Source: Thalia democratica (Eukaryota). From it: DNA of 64,000 nt. The notes beneath the pieces were generated by a model. The model did not search any database. It had not been told where the DNA came from and saw nothing but the letters and a program-made list of their open reading frames with translations. Where the stretch lies: the NCBI GenBank assembly GCA_965202585.1, contig OZ241826.1, positions 89,528,001 through 89,592,000 on the forward strand, in the 5' to 3' direction. The position numbers were made by a program, and so were the translations under genes. Below, in pieces: positions 12,666 through 25,250 of this stretch (the first letter of the stretch is position 1; every line of letters starts with the position of its first letter).

Positions 12666-13404
12666 GTTTATACAGCATTATCTTAAAACTTGCTACAGAT
12701 CAAACATCTTTCTGGTTTACTGATATTATAATATTTAGAGTTCAACTTAATGGAACAGCAGTGAAACTGGTATTCCAGTACACTTCCTGTTCCTATTATT
12801 ATCAAAAGGATCTTCTTCTCCCTATTGCTATTAAAAAATTGAGGAAAAGTAACTTTTATTGTCAAACAGTGCAACTTCCCTACTTCTTTAAAGTAACAGC
12901 AAAAAAAAAATTATAACAAAAAACACACAAAATTTAAAATTAGTTTTAAAACTAATCAAATAGGAAACATTTAAGTTGGCAGTAATAATAAAATAAAAAG
13001 TTTTCAAAAAATGGTTTAAAAGCTGTCACATAAAGAAGTATAAGAGTATTTAAATTTCTTTAAAAACCTCTTTAGAATATTTAATTGATAGAATTTTCAA
13101 TTTCTAGGCAAAAACATATAATCATAATTATAATGAAAAGAACTTTTTCAACTTAAATTACACAAATTTTTCATGCCTATGCAAACCCCTATCATACAAA
13201 TTTGAAATATTTTCAGCATGTTACTGGTATTTTTTTGCTTAGCTATTAATAAATATTTTTTTTCTATAATGCTATAATTTCTTAAGGTTCAAGGGCCTTA
13301 CATAAATTTAACAATGTGACTTAAAATTTGGTCGCCAATTTATTAAACCTAATTCTACTCATACATTGTCAATACTCTTTTTGAGTAATTTGGACTTATA
13401 TTTT

Positions 13405-13575
13405 ATCAGTTCTATTGTACTTTGTAGAATTTAAATTTGACAGTTTTATTGTGACTTTGTAGATTTAAAAGTTATCAGCTCTATTTTGACTTTGTAGATT
13501 TATATTTTGTTAATTTTATTGTGAATTTGTTGCCTTAAAATTTGTCAGATCTATAATGACTGTGTCGATTTACAA
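13405..13575. repeat. Degenerate ~35-bp minisatellite, ~5 units
   Basis: Units resemble cagttctattgtgactttgtagatttaaaattt. Mirror copy at ~55075-55250. Confidence 0.65.
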
Positions 13576-14059
13576 TGGGACAATTATTTTTGATGTTTGC
13601 ATTTAACTTCCCTATTGTATAATTTATAAATATGAAGGCTTATTGTCTGATGGTCTATTCAACCTCCTTTGTTTTCTGGTTATGTTTAAACCTCAACGGT
13701 TTTTAAAATGGCAAGTAGTAAATGTGAGTATTGCTTCTTAAAAATTAAATGCTACTTTATTGTATGTTTATTTAAAAGTACTTTGAAATAAAATACACTA
13801 TGAAATGAAAATTATTAAAATATTAAAATGGAGACAAAAATTTTATAAATACTGCCTTAAAAATAAAAAATATATACACAAATAAAATTTGTTTGGGTAA
13901 AATACTGTTTTGGTCGTATTTAGTTGTTACCTGGATTACTGCTGATTATTTACCTTTAGGATGCCGGGTAAGGTTATAGTGTACTGTACAACCACACTAA
14001 AATCCATAATCAAATTTAAACTTTACTTAGGACTAATAATAGTTAAAGTTGTTCTATAC

Positions 14060-14550
14060 TAATTATAAAAGCTAAGCACGATTTTTGGTGGTTATAATTT
14101 ATATCAAAGTACATACCAAACACTAAAACATAAAGAACATCATATTCTAGAAAATGCATTAAATTTAGTCAAAACTTTTACACAACGTTTTAATGTACTA
14201 TGAATATAGTATGAGAATTTATATTTAAATTAAGAATTAACTACCTGAAGTTAATGTAAAAATCAATTATAAGAAAAAAAAAACAGTTTAAATACAATCT
14301 TTACAATAAACATTATAAATAACAAATAAACTCAGTTTCTGGATCTACATCTGGAAGGTCTCGACTAGAATGTCACTGTAATTACACTGTGGCTAGTTTA
14401 TATAGCTACATACAAAAAACGTAATCTTGATTCAGATCAACCTGCTTTCTGGTTGACTGATTTCATAGTATTTGGTGTTCAACTAAATGGAACAGCAGTA
14501 AAACTATCATTCCATTTCACTGCCTATTCTTACTATTATCAAAGCGAACC
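14060..14550. repeat. Old direct duplicate of ~11350-11684 plus ~12666-12830
   Basis: Shared blocks such as ctgga.ctaca..tggaa.gtct.gactaga.t.tcactg.aat.acactgtggct.gttt and ttcaact.aatggaacagcagt.aaact. The same pair occurs in the right arm (~54090-54580 and ~55820-56320). Confidence 0.7.
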
Positions 14551-17500
14551 CATATAAGGTATGGATATTTGTACACTTAATTCATTGGTTTTATTCATCA
14601 TAATATTAAATTATACCTTATTTAGTTACTATCTTATAAAAACTAGATTCTATTTGATACTACTTTATTTAAATCAGGCAAGACAGTATGAACAATGTAT
14701 CTATTATAAATAAAAAACACAGAACATTATAGAATAAAAACACTATAAACTGAAAATTTTCAAAATTAAAAAAAAAAACTTTTTGACTAAAGATGTTATC
14801 TGATCAAGAATAGACATACAAATATAAATAACATGCAGTTCTAAAGAAGTTCAACTAATAACTTTTAGCAAAATTTCAATATCAATTCATTTTATCTGTA
14901 CCTTACCACATTAAACTCTAAAGAAACTAAATTAATAAATGAAAAAATATAAAATGGACATTTTGGCTTCTTTAGTATATTTCCAAAGGAACTACTTTTT
15001 ATATACCAATCAGGGCCGTTGTGTGGGCTGGAGCATTTAAGCAGAAATACCTAAAAAAGATAAAAACGTATCAAATTGTTTTAAAACACTTAAAACTAAT
15101 ATTTTTCAAAAAAACTTTAGTTTTTGAACAGTTTGGTTTTGTACTGGTTTTAACTAATAAATTTATTCATAAGTCACTTATTTTCAAAAAAAAACTATTA
15201 ATTAATTTCGTTTAGCGCATCCGCAGAATAATCTTCCTAAAAACTATTAATATTATAGTGTAATTTAAGTTATATACAATAAACTTGAAAAGTCTAGCTA
15301 AAAACAGTTAAGTCATAAAGTATAAAAGTTTGTTAAAAAGGTTAAATTAGAATTACTTTAGTTTACTAACAGTTTGTTGTAATTATAGTATTTTTATTTC
15401 ACTAACTTAGTTTTTGAAACATATAAAACAAATAACTTTTTTAATTACTTGTAAATTTCAGCACCGCCTGACAAATCACCACGCGTCGCCTCTTATCAAG
15501 CCTAACTATATAGCATAACTATAAATACTTTTCCTACCTAACTTCCCCGTTTCCTTTAAATATTCGAGAATAGATTAAAATTCAAGTTTTTATAAACTTC
15601 TTTTACCTGATATACTTAACACTTATTATAATTTGGTTCCAAAGTTTATTTAGACATAACTTTAAAAACAGCTGATTAATGTGAGTTTTCTTAACCAGTC
15701 CACCTACTTAGCCTACTAAAAAGGTTTGCCATGGTTAAAATATTCTCAATTTCACAAGAATCATAAATAGCTTCATGGTAATGGAAATTAAATTACCGAG
15801 TAGAGTTGCCATATGCTAATATTGCCATGCCATCTGAACAGCGAATACTTAATAAACATTTGATGGAATTAAGTTAATATTTCGTGCTTGAGTAATTTGT
15901 GGCTTAAAACTACGTTATAAAGCGTAAATCAATAGGGAAGCATAGGGAAGAGTGAGCATCCTCTTACAAAAAGGGGAGGAAAAGAAAGTAATGGAATGCA
16001 TCTTTCATTTGCTATTCCATTGTTTAAATTTAAATGTTGAGTTTTACAAAACGAGCTCAACCAATGAAGCGTGTTAAAAATACTAATGCATTGCATTGAA
16101 AACACGACAAGGGGCGTGTATTGTAATGTAGTGATATAGAATCAATTTTGAGATTTTGCTAAAAGCTATTATTTTACCCTTTTTTAGAACTGCATTTGGA
16201 CAATTAAGTGAGCTAGCATTTAAACCTCTTTTATGACAGCTAAAGAAAAAGTTGTAAACTAATATATTACTAATAAAATATATCAAGCTTATTCTTCTTT
16301 AAATTTAAATTTACAACAGTTTTATTCAGTTGATCATTTTTCTATCTTTATTTTAATTTCTTTTCAAACCTTTGTTTTCCAGCGTATTCAATATCGATTA
16401 TTATTTTAATCTTTTATTATAACTTACCTAATACTAATTTCAAAATTGTTTTTGACAATTTTTTAAATATTTTTTTTAGTATTATTTGTTGATTTTCTTG
16501 GTTTAAATTATAATTAACATAAATTAGTATAAAGTTTTTAAATTTAGACTGAAACGCCAAAACGTTTTCTTGTGTTTATTAATTTACCTAAAGTAGTTTT
16601 GTTTAAGCTCAAAATTGCAATTTAAGCATTATATTTAATATACTAATAAACTTTTTTATTTCAGTAGAATACAAATTTATTTTTTTATAGAATTACATAT
16701 TTTATTATTACAAGTTTGTACTAAAAATACAAAACTAACTGCAATTCAATATTAAGGAGATAAACTAGTTTTAATTTTGTAAAAAAAACATAAGAAACTT
16801 TAAAACATGTTTATACTATTTGGTAAGTGTGAATCATAGTTTAGAACTATAAAATGTTTCATGTTAGCATAAAAATAAGTTGAATGTTATTTCTTTACAC
16901 ATTTTTCCGTGACCTATTTTATATGAAGATATCGATTGCTATGGGTAATTGATTAATTTTCACAAGAAAGTTACATTCACCTTATAGCAAGCGAGGTTTG
17001 TTGAAAAACATTTGAAGTATGGTTTTTTTATTAACCATGTTGTATTCTACTCGTTATTTTGTAAAAAAAAACTTACTAGTTGTCCTGGATATGATGTAAA
17101 ACTGTATCCTGGTGTATGACTCGGTAACCAAAATATTTTTTCGTACACCAGGTCCTAGGACCAAATATTTCAGCCCTTTTTTTCGTTTAATAAACTAATA
17201 CTACTATGTTTCAAAAAAACTTAGTTTTCAAAATTTATTTGTTATTTTTTTGATATTGCTTAAATTACAAATCTTAATATTTAAGAAAACTTGTTTTATG
17301 TAAACAACTATGTGAATGTTAATTTATAAAATATTTAATGTTTTTAAATAATACACGGTTTTATTTCGAAACAAAAAACTTATTTTATTAATGTTACACT
17401 CAAAATCATTTAATTAGTTAATATACGGAATGGATAGTTTTCAGTATATTCTTCAGTTTTTAATTATTATATATGTTTGTTCTCAGTTATGTTAGAAAAA

Positions 17501-18449
17501 TTTACCTATACTTTATTTTTTAAAATAGAAAATAATTTCTTTGAAAAAAGAACTTGTAGTAATAAAAAAAAATATGGTTTTTTTATCAACTTGTTGATGG
17601 CTGTTGTAAATTCAAAGTTTTACTTATCGTTTACATTACTTGTCTTACAATTAGTCAAAGTTTTTAGTAAGTATTAACTCTCTATTTACTTTAAACTAAC
17701 AAGCTTTTGGTAAAAGAAAACGTTATTCATTCGCTTTTTAACTATTTACTTGTAACTTAAATGAAGTAGAAAATAAAGTTACTTATAGTAAGCAAAATTT
17801 TATTCTAAGATTTTTGTTTTGCAGCAACTATAAACAAAGTTGTTTTACACTATTGTGAAAAATTGCTAGTTTTTTAAACTAAGCATTGCACATTTAGAAG
17901 ATCTTCCCAAAGCAAATAACGTAGTTATTAAGTCAAACATAATTCAATTTTAATACTTAGGAAAAACTGACACTTAAAACCCTACAAGCATAAAATTAAG
18001 TCTAATGAATATTTTAAAAACAACTTTATTTACAAAAAAACAACGACGATAGTTCACCCAAAATTTATATCTGAAGGTTTTTATCTATTGTTAGAAATTT
18101 TAAAAGGTATAAGAAAACAACATTTTTTTTTTGTTAGAAAAAAATATTAAAAAAAAACTTGTTTTTTTTTTACTTTATAAAACTTAACTATACTACTATA
18201 ACTAAACACCACTTATATAGTTTCTTGAATTTTTTTAGAAGTTTTTTAAGACCTTACATAGGTTATTGTAATGCTACAACACTTTTATATTTGTTTTAGT
18301 TTTACCGTACAAAACTTTAAATCAAAAACTTTAATCTTCAGCCAGTTCAAATTTAAAATAAAGTATTTTTGAAATCGTCATTTTAATAAATTATTTAAAA
18401 GCGCTTCAAGTGGGCTCAGTAGAAGGTGTTCAAATTTGAATATTGACCT

Positions 18450-18454
<5 letters not shown>

Positions 18455-18481
<27 letters not shown>
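18455..18481. repeat. (TA)n microsatellite
   Basis: About 13 TA units. Confidence 0.9.
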
Positions 18482-18483
<2 letters not shown>

Positions 18484-18589
18484 CTTCTATATAATCTGTT
18501 TACATAACATTACGAAATCAAGTACTTTTAAAAACAGCAAAACTTACCAACATAATGTAGTACATTAATAAAAATTAAACCTTTTTCAG

Positions 18590-21181
18590 CAACAACAGCA
18601 AAATCTACTTGCGAATAGTAATCCTGAACCAGAAATACTAGATCCAATTAAAGTTGCACGCAGGGATTTCGAAAAAGTCTTGTCAAAGATTCAGGTTTGT
18701 TTATCTTTAAAATTTTTTACGAGCATGTTGCTATTAATCACTTAAATTAGTAAACTGTAAATTTCCAGCCATTGAAAATTATAACTTTTTAGAAACAGAT
18801 ACTACAGGAAATTAGATCTAGTAAAAGCAAAGAAATACTTAGAAATACTCTTCTCATTAATGACGAAGTATCCAATCAAACTCAACCAGTTTCACCCAAC
18901 CGATCAAATTCGAACAACAGTAAAGATGAATATACCAAAAAAGACTTTCTTCTGTTTGTAAAAGAATGTGTAAGTATTTTTAAAAACTGTATGGCTGTTA
19001 TATAATTTACGTTTCTACTTATCAAAGTTTTATTATTTTTTTTTACTTCAAATTATAACAATTTAATAATCTATACTAAAGCCACTGTATGATAGCAGAA
19101 ATATTTGTTCTATTAGTAATGTTTTTTTTTTTTTATTATTGTCTTTGTTTTTATTTTTAAGAGTGCATGAAAATCTAATCACTAATTAAATGTAAATGAA
19201 ATTACAGATAAAATAGAATACTTAATAAACTAACTTTACATTCAGTTGCTTTTTACTGTTCTTTTATTGCTCCAAAGTGATTTTTTTACCGGAGCGGTAC
19301 TAAAATCATAAATTAATAAATCAAAACTGTATGTACTGATGTGTAAAATTGCGCAACAAAAGATTATTAAGAAAGACTATTTCGCAAAAAGTTACAGATT
19401 TAACTATAAACTTAAAAACTCAAGTTAGTGGAAGCGATAAATATTCTTCAAACAATTGCATCATATGCAATCGAAAGACGAGTTACTTATAAAAAGTCAC
19501 GTCTATAAAAAAGAAAAACATTAGTGTTTAATTTCAAATATAAAATATCGAATCAAACAACTTAAGATTAACTTAAAATCTTAAAACTATCACTGCACTA
19601 AGTTTACAAAAGTATATTGTCAATCTTGGTAAAATAAATAATATTTTAAGTTTTATATGTTAGTTTGTACCAAGTTGCAAAAAACTATATAACTAGCTTG
19701 CTTCTTAAAATGTAAAACTAAATTTCATTTGAACGTTTTCTAGGAAAAAAAGTTTGAAGAAAAAGCTAAGTCTAAAGGTAGTCGACCCAAAAAGACTACT
19801 AACAGTAACATCACCATTCAAGACCAAAATCAACTTGGTTCAACAAGTTCATTTTGCGTAAACAACAATTTTATGTCATATGGTAAAACTAGAACTTCAC
19901 TACAATTAAGTGAAAACTATGTAAGTCCTAAAATAAGTAATTCCACGAGTAAATAAATATTAAGCTTTAAGTTTAAACTGTATGTACTGATGTAGATTTT
20001 TTTAAATGACTATAATAAGAGAAGTAAACAGTATTAATCTGAATAACTTTTTGCTTTTTTATGATATAAGTTTTTTTGTTTTACGTACTTTATCCCACAA
20101 GACAAAGCTAAATAAAGAATTAACATATAATGTAATAAGCTGTTGATTTACAGAGTTTCAATAGTCCGTTACCATCAGGCATTTCTAACAGTAAAGGAGA
20201 TGCTGATTGTGTACAATCTGTTGAGAAAAAGTCAGTTTTGAAGACAAACCCGTTCGTCATAAAATGGTTGGTAAATAATGTGGAATACAAAAAAGATGCA
20301 CTTTTAGGCAGACGTTTTTTATACGAAAACTACATAGAACATTGCAGAAAGCAACCAATCAAGCCAGTAAGTGATGGAATATTTGGGAAACATGTCAATA
20401 ATTTATTTCCCAACAGAGGTACAAGAAGATTAGGAAAAAGGTAATTATATCTTTTTAGACAAACTATATTGTATTTTAACTGCAATATTTGCTTACAATA
20501 TTTAAAATATTATAAAAGTCAGTCTAGTATGAAAAATGTATTAAATTTGTTCTTAAAGTGTAAAAAACCCTTACATTATACTTACCTCTGTTTTTACCTG
20601 AAACTTTGTTTTATCAGCATTTTCTGCTTACATATTTAATTGAGTTGTTTTAAATTATAACAAACACATAGTCTAGTATATAATGCTTTTTTTTTACTTA
20701 AATTTTTTTTTCACTTAGTCACCTTAAACTGTTTTCAATATAAATAAAACTTTAAATTAAATCTTAACTTTAGGGGTGCGTCGGTTTCTTACCACGTTGG
20801 TTTAAAAATTAAAAGAAACTCACCCGAAAACAACAAAAAGAAAAACGAAGCTCGCAGTCATTCAGCTATGGTAGAACGTAAAATCACTACTAGCATGGAG
20901 TTACAAGACAATACTTCAGGTTAGTGTTTAAACATTAGTTGAATACGTATGAAATGACAAGAAAATATAAACTGCTTTTAAAAATAATTACATTTGAAAT
21001 AAAAAAATATAAGTTGTAAAATATTTAATTTCATAAAATAATAAAAATGATCTTTAGTAATTAACTTATTTTAACCACAGTAAACGATTCTCTGAAAAGA
21101 AAATTTTACGAAACAAGCCAAAAAGAGCATGTTCACTCTGATAAAAAAATGCTTTTTGAGAATAACATACCTACATTGTGA
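18590..21181 (+). CDS. RFX: Short RFX-family winged-helix DNA-binding protein; 5' end not located; exons 18590-18694, 18793-18969, 19744-19920, 20154-20440, 20774-20919, 21081-21181
   Basis: All six exons are phase-consistent. The spliced domain VIKWLVNNVEYKKDALLGRRFLYENYIEHCRKQPIKPVSDGIFGKHVNNLFPNRGTRRLGKR|GASVSYHVGLKIK matches the RFX DBD pattern W L..N.E......R..LY..Y..HC......PV....FGK.....F....TRRLG.RG.S.YH..GL.IK. Stop at 21179-21181. Confidence 0.85.
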
Positions 21182-24100
21182 GCACGAAATAACTTGATAA
21201 AGACAAGGAATGCCTAATTTTTACTGTTTTTATTTTACTTTTTGCTCTATTTGTTTTCATTTTACGAGTTTTAACAATGTAAGCAAACTTTAGACACGTG
21301 ATATTCTTCTTTTTACTAAACCGAATAAAATTTGACACTGCAAGTAAACATTATTTTTCGAAAATGGTCCAAAATAAAACGTAATATATCAAAGTGTTTT
21401 TTGTTTTTGTATAACTTTTTTACCATTGTTTAGCAAAGAGCTTTTTATTTCATAACGTACTAAATAAAAATTAAAAACAACTTTTGATTTTATGATACGT
21501 TTGTTCTGTTTTTTTTTTTGAAATCTGCTTTTCTTAATAAACTATATTGTATACTATATATATTATAATATAACTAAACTACAAAACAACATATACAATG
21601 TTGACATAAAATATTTAGGTTGATGTTCACTTAAGAGTATATTTTTCATCTGCTACTTAGTTTGGTTAAACAAAAAGCTTGAATTTTAACTTCTACAAGA
21701 TAAGCTAAAATAAAGCTTTATATTTTTAAATACAAACAGAAAAAAATCTGTTGTAAAAGTCATTTAAACACTCTTTACAAACTTTTAATTTAAAATTAAC
21801 TTAAATAAATCCAGAAAAAATTGATTTTTAAATACAAATTCCGATGCTCACTTTTCAGTTATCGTAGGCTATCAGAGCAAAAACTAAAGTAAAATTTCAC
21901 AAAACTATTATTATAAATATACTAAAATTTATATTAGAATTGTACAAAAAACTCAAACCCTTAATCAACAATGTTAGGTTATTTAAAATGTGCAACCTAT
22001 TTGTAAACAAAACTACCTTATCTAGTTTTTAATTGTTTAAAACACAACTTTGTTTTTTAAATTATTATTTTAAAAATTATATTGAAATTAAAAATTAAAA
22101 AACCTCAGTAAATTTATTTATCTATTTTTGTAAAACTTTTATATAGCCCATATAATTGACAACACGTGAGGAGTCTAAGGTTCTAGATAAACCACTATAC
22201 GAGTTAAAAAAATTGACACCAAGTAAAAAAATACATTGGTATTTTTATGCGAGCTTTCTGCTGAAACTTGGTCACCCATAAATTGATATCTACAAAAAGA
22301 CTTGCCTTTTATATTGTACCCTTATCCATATATTACTGGTCACAAAAGTCAAAAAATAGTTTAAGTAATAACTGATAACTTTGAACCTTATACATTATAC
22401 TATGAAACAGTAATCAAAACTACAAATACAATAAGTAAAACTACGATGATCATAAACATATAAAAGCTTCAGAAAGTTTATTTTCAAGCTTAATATGAGC
22501 ACAAAACCCAGTAAATGTTTTATACTTAAGCTCTAAAATTGTTAAGTTCGTTAAAATAAACTTCTTGTTCTGTCAATACAACGTAAATGCACTTCCTTCA
22601 TTCTAAATTAACACTTTAAACTGTAATCCATAAATTGTTTAGTTGGTTAAAAACATCTTTTGTTTTCTGAAAGCTTCTGATAAAAATATTGGTATAGTGT
22701 TTTCAATTAAATTTAATTATTTTTAGTTACTAAAAATATTCTTAAAGCCTTTGTAAAAAACGGCTATCAATATAAAAATAAAGAACTAGATAAACTTTAA
22801 AATGCAGACTGACTTAAATTTGGTATAATATTTGGTTTTAAATTAGTTACCATATTTGTTGTATTTGAACATGTATGTAGATATAAGTTATTAATTTTAG
22901 TTAATATAAATCCTAGTTTGAACATATCACACAAAAAGAAATTGAAAAAAAGTTTAATTTAAATGTTAATTAATTTACCTTTACTCAACTTTTTAAAACC
23001 AAGAGTAAAGGTTTAAGTTAAGATATGACTTAAAACCATATAAGTTAAAATACTTTACTAGACTGAAAGCAGAAAAAAAAAATTTAAAGTCCTTGTGTAG
23101 ATTTTATTTAACTATTGAACATATATTTTAGATATTAAAAAATAACTAACATTAACAAAACTGTGCTTTAAACTTTTGCTGCATAAAATACCAGCTACTT
23201 ATTAAAATTTCTATGTATCTTATAAAAAGTAAAAAGAATTAAATACCATCATGTTTGCACATTAGCCTTTTAAACGAATAACATGTAAGTACAGATGACA
23301 TTTTTCGAAAGCGTTAGAAAATTAACAAATAATTATTTATGTTTAGCACCAAGTTTTAAACCCTGGATGTGTTATTCAATTTTTAAGAAAAATATTTTAT
23401 TATAATCTAACTATATATTTTGAATTTTAGACCATCTCAGCATGAATATCAAAACTAAATTTTCAACCAAAGTATTTTTATTTATATAAAACTTTTCGAA
23501 TATCTTACAAAATTTATATTGTAGCTATAATTAAAATTGTAAAGTGTCACCCGTGCATAATAATCACTAGTTCAAAATAGGAGCTTGTGAATTTCTTACT
23601 CGTACGTATACAAACACTTATCGCAACAAATAAAAAAAAACAACAATGTTTCATATATCACATGAAAAGCCTCCGGTACGATTCCTCGAGCTCCGTGTCT
23701 TCGTGCAGCGGTTGAACCCAAAAGTCTACGTCACCAGGAGCGCATTTTTCCGAATACTTCAATGTTCGCCTAACATCGTTGCCCCTCCTAGAATTATTTC
23801 TCGTTCTTTTGTTCCGCCCGTGTTTTCCATCAGACTTCCTCGGCGTCTTCGGTTTGCGCTTGTTAGTTTTTCCCACCACTTTCCAACCGCCGTCCTCGGT
23901 CGGCGGAAGGTTCACCTTGCAGATGTCGGCCACGCTCTCGCTCCTCTTCACTCTCTCGATCTCCTCCAGCATGTTGTCACGCAGCTCCTCGTTCCTCCTG
24001 AAAGGCAGGCACGTGTCGACGCACTCGCGCAAGTGCTCCATCACTCTCCCGTACATGTCGGCCTTCTCGGTCATCCACGACAGCGCGCCCTTGTGGCAGA

Positions 24101-25250
24101 GCATTTGGCGCACGTAGGAAAGCTTGTTTGCCTGCTCACGCGGAACGGCGTCCTCGGCGACGATGCACGTTTTGGCGAAGTTCAGCAGCCTGTACGCGTC
24201 CAATTTCTTTTCTACGGAGGTTTCAAATCTCTCGCCAACTACTTCGTAAACGCCGCACAACTGTTGCACACAATAGAAAGTAAACTTGTGTTTTCCACCG
24301 ATAGCCCTGCTCACTTTACTCGGAAACTTGGAGATTTCGAGTTCCGCGTTCAACAGCCTGTTCCAGTAAGTAACAGCAAGCTTGTTTTCTTTTTCTCCGA
24401 ATTTCACTTTGCAATAAGCTCCGTCGCAAAATTCTGAATCACAGTCGTAGTCGCACTGACTGTATTTTAAATATTCGTAAGTATATCTGTAAAAAATGTG
24501 GCACCATTTATCAACCATTATAGCCATTCTTCCCAGCTTTTTGTCGCTGTGTACATGTTCGTAAGTTTTACCTCTGACCTCGTTCAAAGCGTTTTCGAGG
24601 CTCTTCTCACCGCACCCAGCTCCGTATTCTTTCGGGTCCGCACCCTTCATTCCTTCCACGATCTCGTGCACGAGCATCAGCATCGACGTCTTGATGTACG
24701 GAGCTATCTTCTTCATCAAAAGCGCAAAAATGTGGTGCACTCTCAACAGCCTTTTAGTGCCTTCTATTTTCTTTTCCGCAATTTCTTCCACGGACAAGCC
24801 TTGACGTTGATTCTCAAATTTATCTATTTTAGACAAGGGCTCAGGTTTTTCCCCGAATATAGTTTTTAAAATAAAGTTAAACTTTCGCTTTTGAAACCAA
24901 TCGAGATTATCTATACCAATTCTTTTAAGGTCTTCATACTCCTTTCGAGCAGAAATCGAATTGAGATTTCCGGTGACGTTGTTAGTGTTCAGCTTACACA
25001 GAGGCTGCTTTCTTTGAACGTTAGGTTGCTTCAAGCAGTCCAGATCGTTAATATCTGCATACAAATCTCTTTTATCACTTCTTTGATGCTTGAACTTGAT
25101 ATGTGTGGCGCTTTTATTTCTCAAACATTTATCTTTTATTTGTACGTTGAACTTTTCCCCCAAGCCAATAAGGGTTTTATGGTTATGAGCGTTTTTCAAT
25201 GCTTGTACTTCGTTCCATCCTCCTACAAAGTTATACAAGTTTAAATAAGT
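19589..25250. repeat. Segmental duplication block A, direct copy of 30557-36230
   Basis: Near-identical (~97% by eye; 9 differences in the 287-nt RFX exon) from 19589 to ~23850. It then diverges progressively through the large coding exon. Confidence 0.95.

Larger units (their letters stand above)
6645..15860. repeat. Left arm of a large inverted duplication (partner 52770-60680)
   Basis: Reverse-complement colinearity throughout. For example, taaaaatacatagtaactcaaactcgttcact at ~6648 matches ~60650-60679, and catctgaacagcgaatact at ~15832 matches ~52785-52803. The ~1.4 kb length excess over the right arm is accounted for by two inserted MITEs. Confidence 0.95.

Noticed and set aside
15720-15830. 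Possible RFX X-box sites (tttgccatggttaa, gttgccatatgctaat)
   Set aside because: Only half-sites match GTNRCC(N0-3)RGYAAC, which is expected by chance.
12188-17677. Short AT-rich ORFs in the track (e.g. 12188, 12683, 15021, 16083, 17477; also 41686, 51929-52519, 55721, 58567, 59054)
   Set aside because: They have Phe/Lys/Ile-biased random composition, often lie within MITEs, and are not preserved between duplicated copies.
23646-25244. Plus-strand ORFs (263 aa, 112 aa, 123 aa, 117 aa; mirrored at 34613-36130) antisense to the large exon
   Set aside because: They are antisense shadows of a GC-rich exon. Their conservation follows from the duplication, and the spliced minus-strand model explains the region.
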